DNA from: a virus
Taxonomy: Duplodnaviria; Caudoviricetes
Reading direction: 5' to 3' (one strand)
Virus record (IMG/VR): IMGVR_UViG_3300031555_010338
Length of the DNA stretch: 64,000 nucleotides
Part shown: in pieces, positions 53,770-62,323 of the stretch
How positions within the stretch are numbered: position 1 is the stretch's first letter
How the letters are laid out: each line of letters starts with the position of its first letter
Position numbers and translations under genes: made by a program
The notes under the pieces: model-generated
What the model was told of the DNA's origin: nothing
Seen by the model: only the letters and a program-made list of their open reading frames with translations
Databases searched by the model: none

Positions 53770-54525
53770 ATGACTTGGAGCTATTCACGCTTAACTTCTT
53801 TTTCGGATTGTCCATACAAGTGGTTTCTGACCTATCTGTATCGTGACGAATATGGAAAGCCGTTAAAAAAGCAAAGTGGATTTTTTGCGGAGTTTGGTAG
53901 CTACATACACCTGATAATGCAGATGTATCTTTCGGGTGAGTTGGCAAGAAAAGACCTTTCTACTTACTATGTAGCCCACTTCGCAGAAAATGTCCGTGCC
54001 AAAGCTCCAAATCGAAAAATTCACCACAATTATTTCGAGCAGGGTTTTTATTATCTGGACAATATCAGTTTTCCAAAACGCAAAATCATCAGTGTAGAAG
54101 AAAAAATGGAATTTATCTTCGCTGATCGACCTTGGACTGGATTTATTGATGTGGTTAGCGATGACGGCCAGCTTATCATCACTGACCACAAATCCAGAAC
54201 CTTAAAGCCACGCTCTAAGAGATCCAAACCAACAAAGTCAGACGCGGAATTGGATGACTACCTACGGCAGCTCTATGTATATTCCGCAGCAGTAAAAGAC
54301 AAGTATGGTCGCTTTCCTGACATATTGGAATTCAACTGTTTCCGCTCACAAATCATGATCCAAGAGCCGTTTCAAATCAAGCGGTTCCACGAAGTTGAAA
54401 AGTGGGCAGGAAGTGAAATCGATTCAATCACACGCAACGACAGTTGGCAACCACAACCGGAATACTGGCGGTGCAACTATCTATGCGATGTGTGTAAGGA
54501 GTGCGAGTTTAGCAAAATGTTCTGA
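53770..54525 (+). CDS. PD-(D/E)XK Cas4/RecB-like exonuclease
   Basis: SYSRL...CP, GFIDV...ITDHKS, QLYVY, terminal C-x3-C..C; start may be ATT 53743. Confidence 0.85.
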   Translation: MTWSYSRLTSFSDCPYKWFLTYLYRDEYGKPLKKQSGFFAEFGSYIHLIMQMYLSGELARKDLSTYYVAHFAENVRAKAPNRKIHHNYFEQGFYYLDNISFPKRKIISVEEKMEFIFADRPWTGFIDVVSDDGQLIITDHKSRTLKPRSKRSKPTKSDAELDDYLRQLYVYSAAVKDKYGRFPDILEFNCFRSQIMIQEPFQIKRFHEVEKWAGSEIDSITRNDSWQPQPEYWRCNYLCDVCKECEFSKMF

Positions 54526-54530
54526 AAGGG

Positions 54531-56507
54531 GTGACTTTACTGCAAATTGATCGTGACGTTATTCTTGAGGCGAAAGAAAAGCTTGGCGACGAAAACGCGC
54601 TTATCATTGCCCAGGAATTAGATATCCATGACTTTGACGAACAGAACCTTCGATGTTGTTGCCCCTTCCACCAAGAAGATCACGCATCATTCATCTACAA
54701 CAAAAAGACGTTCTCCTTCCATTGCTTTGGAGCGTGTGCAAGGAACTACGATATTTTGGATGTGTTCATTTACAAAGGCATGACTTATCTTCAGGCTTGC
54801 CAAAAGCTATTTGAATTAGCTGGTATCAAATATAGCTTCGGTGAGCTTGGAGTAAAAACCAAGCATCAGTATAAATACCCCAAGGAAGTACCATTAGGCG
54901 ATAAATCGAAAGTCTACTCCTACTTCAAGAAGCGCTGCATCAGCGAAAAGACGCTGGACTATGCAGATGTACGGCAGGATGAAGAAGGAAATATCGTCTG
55001 GAACTATTACGACACCAACGATGTGCTGACAATGGTAAAGTACAGACCTTCGCGCAAGGTTCGCAAGGGCGAAAATAAATGTTGGTGTCAGAAAAATGCA
55101 GATACAAGCAATTTGCTGTTCAATATGAACCGCATCAATGTAAACTCTCCTCTGTTGATCTGCGAGGGCGAACCCGATTGTCTGTCTGCTATTGAGGCTG
55201 GCTACACAAACACCGTCTCTGTACCTCTTGGAAGTAGCAACTTCCATTGGATCGAAGAGAATTGGGATTGGCTGGAGCAGTTCGATTCCATCATCATCTG
55301 CTCCGACAACGATGAGGCCGGTATTAAGATGCAGAAAGAAGTTGTTTATCGCCTTGGCAGTTGGAGAACAAAGGTCGTTGAAATCCCATCTATTGTGGAA
55401 ATGCCAGACGGCAAGAAGCTTCCCGTCAACGACTTAAACGAAGCTCTTTACTATTTTGGTAAGGAGAAAGTGCTTGAATTCATCCTTAACGCAAAGGATA
55501 GCCCCGTACCAGGCGTTGTGGATTTTTCAGATATCCAAGATGTTGACTTAGACCAGATCGACGGTGTAACCACGGGTATTAAACCTCTGGACAGATACCT
55601 CATGAAGCTGTTTCAGGGTACGCTCAACATCATCACTGGTATTAACGGCGCAGGTAAAAGCTCTTTCATTAACCAGCTCATTTGCCAGTCTCTTGAGCAA
55701 GACAAGAATGTTTTTCTGTTTTCCGGTGAGCTGCCGAACTTCCAGACAAAGAACTGGTTGAATTCGGTACTTGCAGGCCAGCGCCATATTGAAGAGCGAC
55801 ATTTTGAAGATTCCGTATATTACAAGGTTCGTCCTGATGCAAAGCGAGAAATCGAAGAGCATTATCGCGGCAGACTGTACATCTACGAAGACGGAAGATC
55901 CAACCGTATGACAGATCTGCTGAAAACGATGGAAGACTCTGTTCGCAAGTACGGAACGAAACTGCTCATTCTGGATAACCTGACCGCAATCAATCTGGAA
56001 TGCAGCGACGACAATAAGTACAACAAGCAGAGTGAGCTTATCATGCAGCTTATCTCTTTTGCGGTCAAATTCAATGTCATTGTTATTTTGGTAGTTCATC
56101 CCCACAAGATCGACACAATGCGCCGTCTGAACAAGATGGATGTGCAGGGTATCTCCGCAATCATTGACCTTGCACACCGTATCATCAGTCTCTACCGCGT
56201 ATCTGAAAAGGATAAGCAAGGTGAACCGAAGCTTAATGGCAACGGATGGAGAGTAAAACCGATTAAGGACGATGTTCTGATCGATATCCTCAAAGACCGT
56301 ATGCTTGGCTTTGAAGGTAGAAGTGTTGGCGTGTTTTACGATCAGCCGTCTCGCCGTTTCTTCACAAACGAAGTAGATCTTGATCGTCGTTACTCTTGGG
56401 ATAAGCACAAGCACACTGGCGGACTACCATTCCCTCCGGAACAACTCAATGACGAAGAGGATGAGGTATTTGGCTCTATCCAGGATGGAGGTGGTTACGG
56501 TGGATGA
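54531..56507 (+). CDS. Primase-helicase (CHC2 Zn finger, TOPRIM, SF4 helicase)
   Basis: CPFH..HCFGAC, ICEGEPD, SDNDEAG, GINGAGKS, ILDNL, VVHPHK. Confidence 0.92.
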   Translation: MTLLQIDRDVILEAKEKLGDENALIIAQELDIHDFDEQNLRCCCPFHQEDHASFIYNKKTFSFHCFGACARNYDILDVFIYKGMTYLQACQKLFELAGIKYSFGELGVKTKHQYKYPKEVPLGDKSKVYSYFKKRCISEKTLDYADVRQDEEGNIVWNYYDTNDVLTMVKYRPSRKVRKGENKCWCQKNADTSNLLFNMNRINVNSPLLICEGEPDCLSAIEAGYTNTVSVPLGSSNFHWIEENWDWLEQFDSIIICSDNDEAGIKMQKEVVYRLGSWRTKVVEIPSIVEMPDGKKLPVNDLNEALYYFGKEKVLEFILNAKDSPVPGVVDFSDIQDVDLDQIDGVTTGIKPLDRYLMKLFQGTLNIITGINGAGKSSFINQLICQSLEQDKNVFLFSGELPNFQTKNWLNSVLAGQRHIEERHFEDSVYYKVRPDAKREIEEHYRGRLYIYEDGRSNRMTDLLKTMEDSVRKYGTKLLILDNLTAINLECSDDNKYNKQSELIMQLISFAVKFNVIVILVVHPHKIDTMRRLNKMDVQGISAIIDLAHRIISLYRVSEKDKQGEPKLNGNGWRVKPIKDDVLIDILKDRMLGFEGRSVGVFYDQPSRRFFTNEVDLDRRYSWDKHKHTGGLPFPPEQLNDEEDEVFGSIQDGGGYGG

Positions 56508-59500
56508 AAACTATGTTGTATATCATCTCCACTCTGATTTGTCCTTGCTGGACAGCGCAACAAAGTTTGAAGACTATGTAAATCGTGCTGTTGAGCTTGG
56601 GCAGAAAGCCATTGCATTTACCGAGCATGGCAACATTTATCAGTGGGTGGCTAAAAAGATGTGCTGCGACAAAGCAGGCATCAAGTATTTGCACGGTGTC
56701 GAGTGTTATCTGACAGAGAAATTCATCTGGACAGATCCTCGCACCGGCGAAGAAAGCAGACTGAGAGACAATTATCATACGATCTTGATTGCAAAAAACC
56801 AGGCTGGTTTGCAAGAGCTGAATGATTTGGTCAGCGCCTCAACACGAGACGACCATTTCTATTATAAGCCTCGCATCTCGTTCAATGAGTTCTTGGGTAT
56901 CTCCAAGAATGTAATCAAGATTAGCGCTTGTCTTGCCTCCCCTCTAAACAAAATGAAGGTAAACCATCCGTTGTACGAGCGCTTGTTAAAGCACTACGAC
57001 TACTTAGAAATTCAACCGCACAATCACCCAGAGCAGATTTCTTATAACTGTCATCTGGCAGAAATGTCTAAGAAGTACGGTATTCCTTTGATTGCCGGCA
57101 CTGATACGCATAGCTTGAACAGTTATAAGGCAGAGTGCAGAAGTGTAATGCAGCTTGCAAAGCACATCGAGTTTGCAGACGAGGATAGTTTCGACCTTAG
57201 CTACAAGTCCTATGAAGAACTGGTCGAAATGTTCAGACTGCAAAATGCGCTTCCAGAAAGCATCTTTCTTGATGCTATCGAAAACACAAATCGTATGGCC
57301 GATTCCGTAGAGGCGTTTGAGCTGGATGTCAGCTTTAAGTACCCGAAGCTTTACGGAGCGAGAGATAAGGAAGTTTTTGAACAGACGATCAAAGATAACC
57401 TTCTTGCAAAAATCAAAGAAGGAGCTATCACCCAAGACCAGATCAGCAATTTTGCCTCTGCAATCCAAGAAGAGTGCCGCGTATTCGACAAAATCGAGAT
57501 GTCTGGTTTTATGCTTTTCATGTCAGAGCTGGTAACTTGGTGCAAGTCCAACGGCATTCCTATTGGTTTCAACCGTGGTTCTTGTGGTGGTTCCCGTGTG
57601 GCCTACGTCACTAACACAACAGACCTTAATCCTGAGACTTGGCATACCGTGTTTAGCCGTTTCTGTAACGAAGACCGTAAAGAGATTGGCGATATTGATA
57701 TCGATGTGTCGCCGTCTGATCGAGATAAGGTTTACGAATATATCATTAACCGCTTTGGTCAGGAAAACACTGCTTTTATCCTTGCCATTGGCACAATCAA
57801 ATCCAAAGGCTGCATTGATGAGATATGCCGTGCGCTTGGCGTTCGCTGGAACAAAGAGCATCAACACGATCTGGGAGACTTGAAGAGCCTTCTGAAAGCT
57901 CTGAAAGATATGGATGTTGAGGTAACATTTGGTGATTCACGAGATGGATTCGGCACTTACTATTGGGACAGAAAAACAAATAAGCTTATCTTCCCAGAGA
58001 AAATGGGCGGTACTCCACGAGCAGAGCTTATCAAGGCGTATTCGAGAGAGTATGAGCGGCTGAAGGCTGAAAACGAAAAGATCTTTGAGAAAAACCCTTG
58101 GGTTGGCAAGATCAACAACACGATCAAGCAGGACTTTGAAGCAAATCCTGAGGAAGCCCGTAAGAAATACCCAGATGTGTTTTATTACTATGACGGGCTG
58201 CTTGATGTGGCGATCTCTCAGTCTATGCACCCAGCAGGTATCGTCGCAAGTCCGCTCACTCTCCGCGATAACTACGGAACCTTTATGTCGGAAGGCAAGG
58301 AGATTTTGCAGATCGACATGGAGTGCGTACATGAAGCTGGATTGGTTAAGTATGACATTCTTGGCCTGAAAAACATCGAAATCATCAAGGATACATACGC
58401 GCTGATCGGAAAGCCATATCCTAAGTCTCATGAAATCGACTGGAACGACGACGCGGTATGGAAAGACATGCTCCGTTCACCTATCGGAATTTTCCAGTTT
58501 GAATCTGCTTTCGCGTTCGACAGTCTGAAGAAGTTCAAAACACATAGCATTTACGATATGTCTCTGGTTACTGCGTGTATCCGTCCTTCCGGTGCTTCTT
58601 ACCGAGATGAGTTGCTGCAGAGAAAACCACACAAGAACCCTTCGCCAATCATCGACGAGCTTTTGAAAGACAACCTTGGCTATCTGATTTATCAGGAGGA
58701 TACGATCAAGTTTCTGCAAGAAATTTGCGGCCTAAGCGGAAGCGAAGCTGATAATGTCCGCCGAGCAATCGGACGAAAGCAGAAAGATCGCCTGGATAAA
58801 GCTCTTCCATCCATTCTGGAAGGATATTGTTCCAAGTCTTCTCAACCAAGAGATGTTGCAGAGCAGGAAGCAAAAGAGTTCATCCAGATCATTGAAGACA
58901 GTGCGAGTTATCAGTTTGGCTATAACCATTCCATTGGTTACTGCATGATTGGTTATCTCTGTGCTTATCTTCGCTACTATCACCCATACGAGTTCATCAC
59001 GGCGTATCTGAACAACGCAAATAACGAAGAAGATATTAAGAACGGCAGCGCTCTTGCTGAGTTGTATGGTATCCAAATCGTGCCGCCACGCTACGGACTT
59101 TCTAAGGACAAATATATATTTGATGCCGAAAAGGGCGTTATCGCTAAGGGTATCGAGTCTATTAAGTACATGAATAGTGCCGTTGCAAATGAACTGTATG
59201 AAATCTCAAAGAAACATCAACCGCAAACATTTATGGAGCTTCTAAAGCTCATGACGGAAGAAAGCTCTCTTGATACCAGACAACGTGAAATTCTGATTAA
59301 GATTGACTTCTTCCAGGACTTCGGCAATATACCGGAGCTTACACGAATCGTTACCTTTTACTCGTTCTTCAAAAATGGCACTGCAAAGAAAATCCCAAAA
59401 GCAAAATTGGAAGGCCAGATTTATGATTTGGTCGCGCAGTACGCCACCGATAGGAACAAAGACGGCTCAGAGGCAAAGTCTTTTAGCATTACGGATATGG

Positions 59501-59868
59501 ACGGCCTGCTTGCTGCTTGCGAAGGAGCGATCAAATCCCTTAATCTGCCCGATATCGATCTGAAGTGCAAAATCCAATCTCAGCTTGAACTCATGGGCTA
59601 TATCGACCTTACCACAAAGCGTCCTGAGGACAGAAGAAAGCTTCTCGTCAGCGATGTTTATCCAATGGTTAGTCGTGAAAAGGGAACTGTTTGGGGCTAT
59701 GCCCTACAAACCAGATCAATCGGTAGCGGTAAAACTGCTCGTCTTACCGTCCGTGCTTATACATTCACCAAAAATCCAATCAAGCGATTCGATATCATAC
59801 AGGCAAAAGAGTTAGAGAAAAACAAGAGTGGATATTGGTATTTGCTCGATTACGAACTAATTGCCTAA
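56500..59868 (+). CDS. dnaE: DNA polymerase III alpha subunit (family C)
   Basis: PHP HLHSDLSLLD, TEHG; RGSCGGS, DIDID, HPAG, KYDILGL, FQFES, YQE; GTG 56500. Confidence 0.95.
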   Translation: MDENYVVYHLHSDLSLLDSATKFEDYVNRAVELGQKAIAFTEHGNIYQWVAKKMCCDKAGIKYLHGVECYLTEKFIWTDPRTGEESRLRDNYHTILIAKNQAGLQELNDLVSASTRDDHFYYKPRISFNEFLGISKNVIKISACLASPLNKMKVNHPLYERLLKHYDYLEIQPHNHPEQISYNCHLAEMSKKYGIPLIAGTDTHSLNSYKAECRSVMQLAKHIEFADEDSFDLSYKSYEELVEMFRLQNALPESIFLDAIENTNRMADSVEAFELDVSFKYPKLYGARDKEVFEQTIKDNLLAKIKEGAITQDQISNFASAIQEECRVFDKIEMSGFMLFMSELVTWCKSNGIPIGFNRGSCGGSRVAYVTNTTDLNPETWHTVFSRFCNEDRKEIGDIDIDVSPSDRDKVYEYIINRFGQENTAFILAIGTIKSKGCIDEICRALGVRWNKEHQHDLGDLKSLLKALKDMDVEVTFGDSRDGFGTYYWDRKTNKLIFPEKMGGTPRAELIKAYSREYERLKAENEKIFEKNPWVGKINNTIKQDFEANPEEARKKYPDVFYYYDGLLDVAISQSMHPAGIVASPLTLRDNYGTFMSEGKEILQIDMECVHEAGLVKYDILGLKNIEIIKDTYALIGKPYPKSHEIDWNDDAVWKDMLRSPIGIFQFESAFAFDSLKKFKTHSIYDMSLVTACIRPSGASYRDELLQRKPHKNPSPIIDELLKDNLGYLIYQEDTIKFLQEICGLSGSEADNVRRAIGRKQKDRLDKALPSILEGYCSKSSQPRDVAEQEAKEFIQIIEDSASYQFGYNHSIGYCMIGYLCAYLRYYHPYEFITAYLNNANNEEDIKNGSALAELYGIQIVPPRYGLSKDKYIFDAEKGVIAKGIESIKYMNSAVANELYEISKKHQPQTFMELLKLMTEESSLDTRQREILIKIDFFQDFGNIPELTRIVTFYSFFKNGTAKKIPKAKLEGQIYDLVAQYATDRNKDGSEAKSFSITDMDGLLAACEGAIKSLNLPDIDLKCKIQSQLELMGYIDLTTKRPEDRRKLLVSDVYPMVSREKGTVWGYALQTRSIGSGKTARLTVRAYTFTKNPIKRFDIIQAKELEKNKSGYWYLLDYELIA

Positions 59869-59890
59869 AACAAGAAAGGACGTAACGAAC

Positions 59891-60523
59891 ATGAGTCGTA
59901 AACGCAATTCTGCCGGCAAGATTGTCACTGTCATATGTGGCGCATGTCTGGCAACACTTCTGATGGGTTCCATGTGCTACCCCGCCGCGAGATCGTGTGA
60001 TATGGACACCCCCCCCGAAAATACAGCTACTACTTCTTATTTGGTACATACTTCTGAGCCGGTCATGTTGGTACTGCCAGAGGTTGTGGAACCAATCGAA
60101 ACAACTAAGGTTGAACCAGTTGTTCCAGAGGAAGATCCTCCCGCAATTCCCTATACAGAAGAAGACCTTGATTTGTTTGCAAGACTTCTTACCGCTGAGA
60201 TGGGTGGCTCTTGGATTCCCGATGAGATTCAGCTTTATGTTGGTAGTGTTGTCATTAACCGTATGGGACATGAACTGTATCCCGATACGCTGTACGATGT
60301 TATTTATCAACCTGGTCAGTATTCTCCTACTTGGAGCGGCGCAATCAACAACACGCCAGATGAACGTACCATTGAAAATGCACGGCAGCTTCTTGAGGAA
60401 GGGAGTATCCTCCCCGCAAATGTGGTATTCCAGGCTAACTTTAAGCAGGGCGACGGCGTTTACTATGAATACTACGACGAAATTCTTGGAACAACAACTT
60501 ATTTTTGCTATCTATCGAATTAA
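59891..60523 (+). CDS. SleB/CwlJ-like cell-wall hydrolase (Hydrolase_2)
   Basis: Signal/TM; LFARLLTAEMG, VGSVVINR, YPDTLYDVIYQPGQYS. Confidence 0.85.
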   Translation: MSRKRNSAGKIVTVICGACLATLLMGSMCYPAARSCDMDTPPENTATTSYLVHTSEPVMLVLPEVVEPIETTKVEPVVPEEDPPAIPYTEEDLDLFARLLTAEMGGSWIPDEIQLYVGSVVINRMGHELYPDTLYDVIYQPGQYSPTWSGAINNTPDERTIENARQLLEEGSILPANVVFQANFKQGDGVYYEYYDEILGTTTYFCYLSN

Positions 60524-60547
60524 CTAAACAATTTCGGAGGTTATGCA

Positions 60548-61207
60548 ATGAGAATTATCAAACCGAGTTTTGAAATTATCACACCTATCGATCCTGAGCA
60601 GATTCTGAAAACAGTGGAGGCAGTTGGCCGCACCTGTTACAAGAGCGAGGACAAGATCACTGATGAGTCTTGTCGCACCTTTGTTGCTGGCCTTATCAAG
60701 CGTGGTCACGAGGCAGTGATTGAACATTACAACATCACCGTCCGACTCACTGTTGATCGCGGTGTTACTCATGAGGTGGTTCGTCACCGTATCGCAAGCT
60801 ACGCTCAGGAAAGCACTCGTTACTGCAACTATTCTCAGGATAAGTTTGGTAACGAAGTAACCTATATCGATCTGAAGGGTGGCATGGAGCTTGATCCTAA
60901 GGTTTCTAAGCTGGACGCTGAAACCGCCGCAGCTATTTACGCAGAGTGGATTGCGGCCTGTGAAGATGCTGAGCGCCACTATAACAGAATGATTGAGTTG
61001 GGCGCTTCTCCCCAAATTGCCCGTTCTGTTTTGAACAACTCTACCAAGACCGAGATCTGCATCACCATGAATATGCGTGAGTGGAGACATTTCTTCAAGC
61101 TGCGTACTCCCATTGCGGCTCATCCCCAGATGCGTGAAGGCGCAACGCCCCTGCTGATGGAGTTCAAAGAGAAGATTCCCGTTTTCTTTGATGATATCGA
61201 GTGCTAA
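60548..61207 (+). CDS. thyX: FAD-dependent thymidylate synthase
   Basis: GHEAVIEH, RHRIASYAQESTRY, ARSVL, NMREWRHF, AHPQMR. Confidence 0.95.
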   Translation: MRIIKPSFEIITPIDPEQILKTVEAVGRTCYKSEDKITDESCRTFVAGLIKRGHEAVIEHYNITVRLTVDRGVTHEVVRHRIASYAQESTRYCNYSQDKFGNEVTYIDLKGGMELDPKVSKLDAETAAAIYAEWIAACEDAERHYNRMIELGASPQIARSVLNNSTKTEICITMNMREWRHFFKLRTPIAAHPQMREGATPLLMEFKEKIPVFFDDIEC

Positions 61208-61220
61208 ACGGAGGCGGAAT

Positions 61221-61766
61221 ATGAAGGTAATTTGTATTTCCGGTAAGGCTCAGCATGGTAAGGATACTACTGCTGGCATTTTGAAAGAGGTGCTTGAGTC
61301 CGATGGCAACTCTGTACTGGTCGCCCACTATGGAGATTTGGTTAAGTATGTCTGTCGTACATTCTTTGCTTGGAATGGCGAAAAGGACGAATATGGCAGA
61401 AGCCTCTTGCAGCGCGTCGGTACTGACATTGTAAGAAACCAGCGCCCAGATTATTGGGTCAACTTTATTACTGATATGTTGGAGTTGTTCCCCGATGAAT
61501 GGGACTACGTTCTCATTCCAGATAGTCGCTTTCCCAACGAAATTGACCATCTGAAGAATGCCGGCTTTGATGTCGTTCATGTCAGAGTTCGCAGAGATAA
61601 TTTCATCAGTCCTCTTACACCAGAACAGCAGCAGCATCCGTCTGAGACTGCGCTGGATATGGTTGAGCCAGACAACTTCATTCTGAACGACGGTACTTTG
61701 AAGGATTTGAAAAAGGAAATCGAAGGAATGATCGATGGCTGGAGAAACGCGGGGATGGTCGCATGA
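61221..61766 (+). CDS. Deoxynucleoside monophosphate kinase
   Basis: ISGKAQHGKDT, RSLLQRVGTD, DSRFPNE, HPSE. Confidence 0.85.
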   Translation: MKVICISGKAQHGKDTTAGILKEVLESDGNSVLVAHYGDLVKYVCRTFFAWNGEKDEYGRSLLQRVGTDIVRNQRPDYWVNFITDMLELFPDEWDYVLIPDSRFPNEIDHLKNAGFDVVHVRVRRDNFISPLTPEQQQHPSETALDMVEPDNFILNDGTLKDLKKEIEGMIDGWRNAGMVA

Positions 61767-62323
61767 AAAAATTGACCATTCTCATTGACATGGATGATGT
61801 GTTGGAGGAACTGACAGCAGCGTGGGTTGCCGAGCTTAACCGTGTATATGGCACTTCTGTTCGTCCAGAAGATATTGTCTCATGGGAAATCGCAGACTTC
61901 TTTCCCACTCTGACTACGGAGCAGGTTTTCAGCCCATTACACTGTCCTGAGTTTTGGTCAACACTCGTTCCAACACAAGACGCACCAGACATTGTAAAGC
62001 GGCTGTTAGATGACGGACACACTATCCGAATTGTAACCGCTTCACATTACAACACCGTAGCCCCAAAAATCGCTTGGTTGCTTAATGCGTATCCATATTT
62101 GAAATGGGAAGATGTTATTATTGCCAGCGACAAGTCTGTTGTTCACGGAGATGTGATGATTGATGACGGCGTACACAATTTGGAAACCACCTCCTGTATC
62201 AAGCTGCTGTTTGATCGTTACCACAACCGCGCATACAACGCAGAAGCTAACGACATGATCCGCGTAAAAGCATGGAACGAGATTTATCGTATCATTTTCA
62301 ATTTGGCAGGAGGAACCGAATGA
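61763..62323 (+). CDS. 5'(3')-deoxyribonucleotidase (HAD, NT5C-like)
   Basis: IDMDDVL, IVTA, K..WL, DVMIDD, YHN. Confidence 0.85.
   Translation: MKKLTILIDMDDVLEELTAAWVAELNRVYGTSVRPEDIVSWEIADFFPTLTTEQVFSPLHCPEFWSTLVPTQDAPDIVKRLLDDGHTIRIVTASHYNTVAPKIAWLLNAYPYLKWEDVIIASDKSVVHGDVMIDDGVHNLETTSCIKLLFDRYHNRAYNAEANDMIRVKAWNEIYRIIFNLAGGTE

Larger units (their letters stand above)
336..60531. repeat. Dispersed, transcription-oriented 16-bp motif G(G/A)AATTAGCTAAACAA (about 15 copies)
   Basis: Copies at 336(-), 2521(-), 3671, 4049, 5323, 18069, 24035, 25061, 31428, 42070, 47323, 51017, 51078, 52139, 60516; partial copies at 3605 and 21933. Confidence 0.85.

Noticed and set aside
53770-54525. Cas4 as evidence of a CRISPR-Cas system
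   Set aside because: A stand-alone Cas4-like nuclease among ERF, SSB and primase genes is a normal phage recombination gene.
57850-58110. Intein in DnaE (apparent insertion of about 80 aa)
   Set aside because: No N-terminal Cys/Ser plus C-terminal His-Asn splice motifs; probably a lineage-specific insertion.
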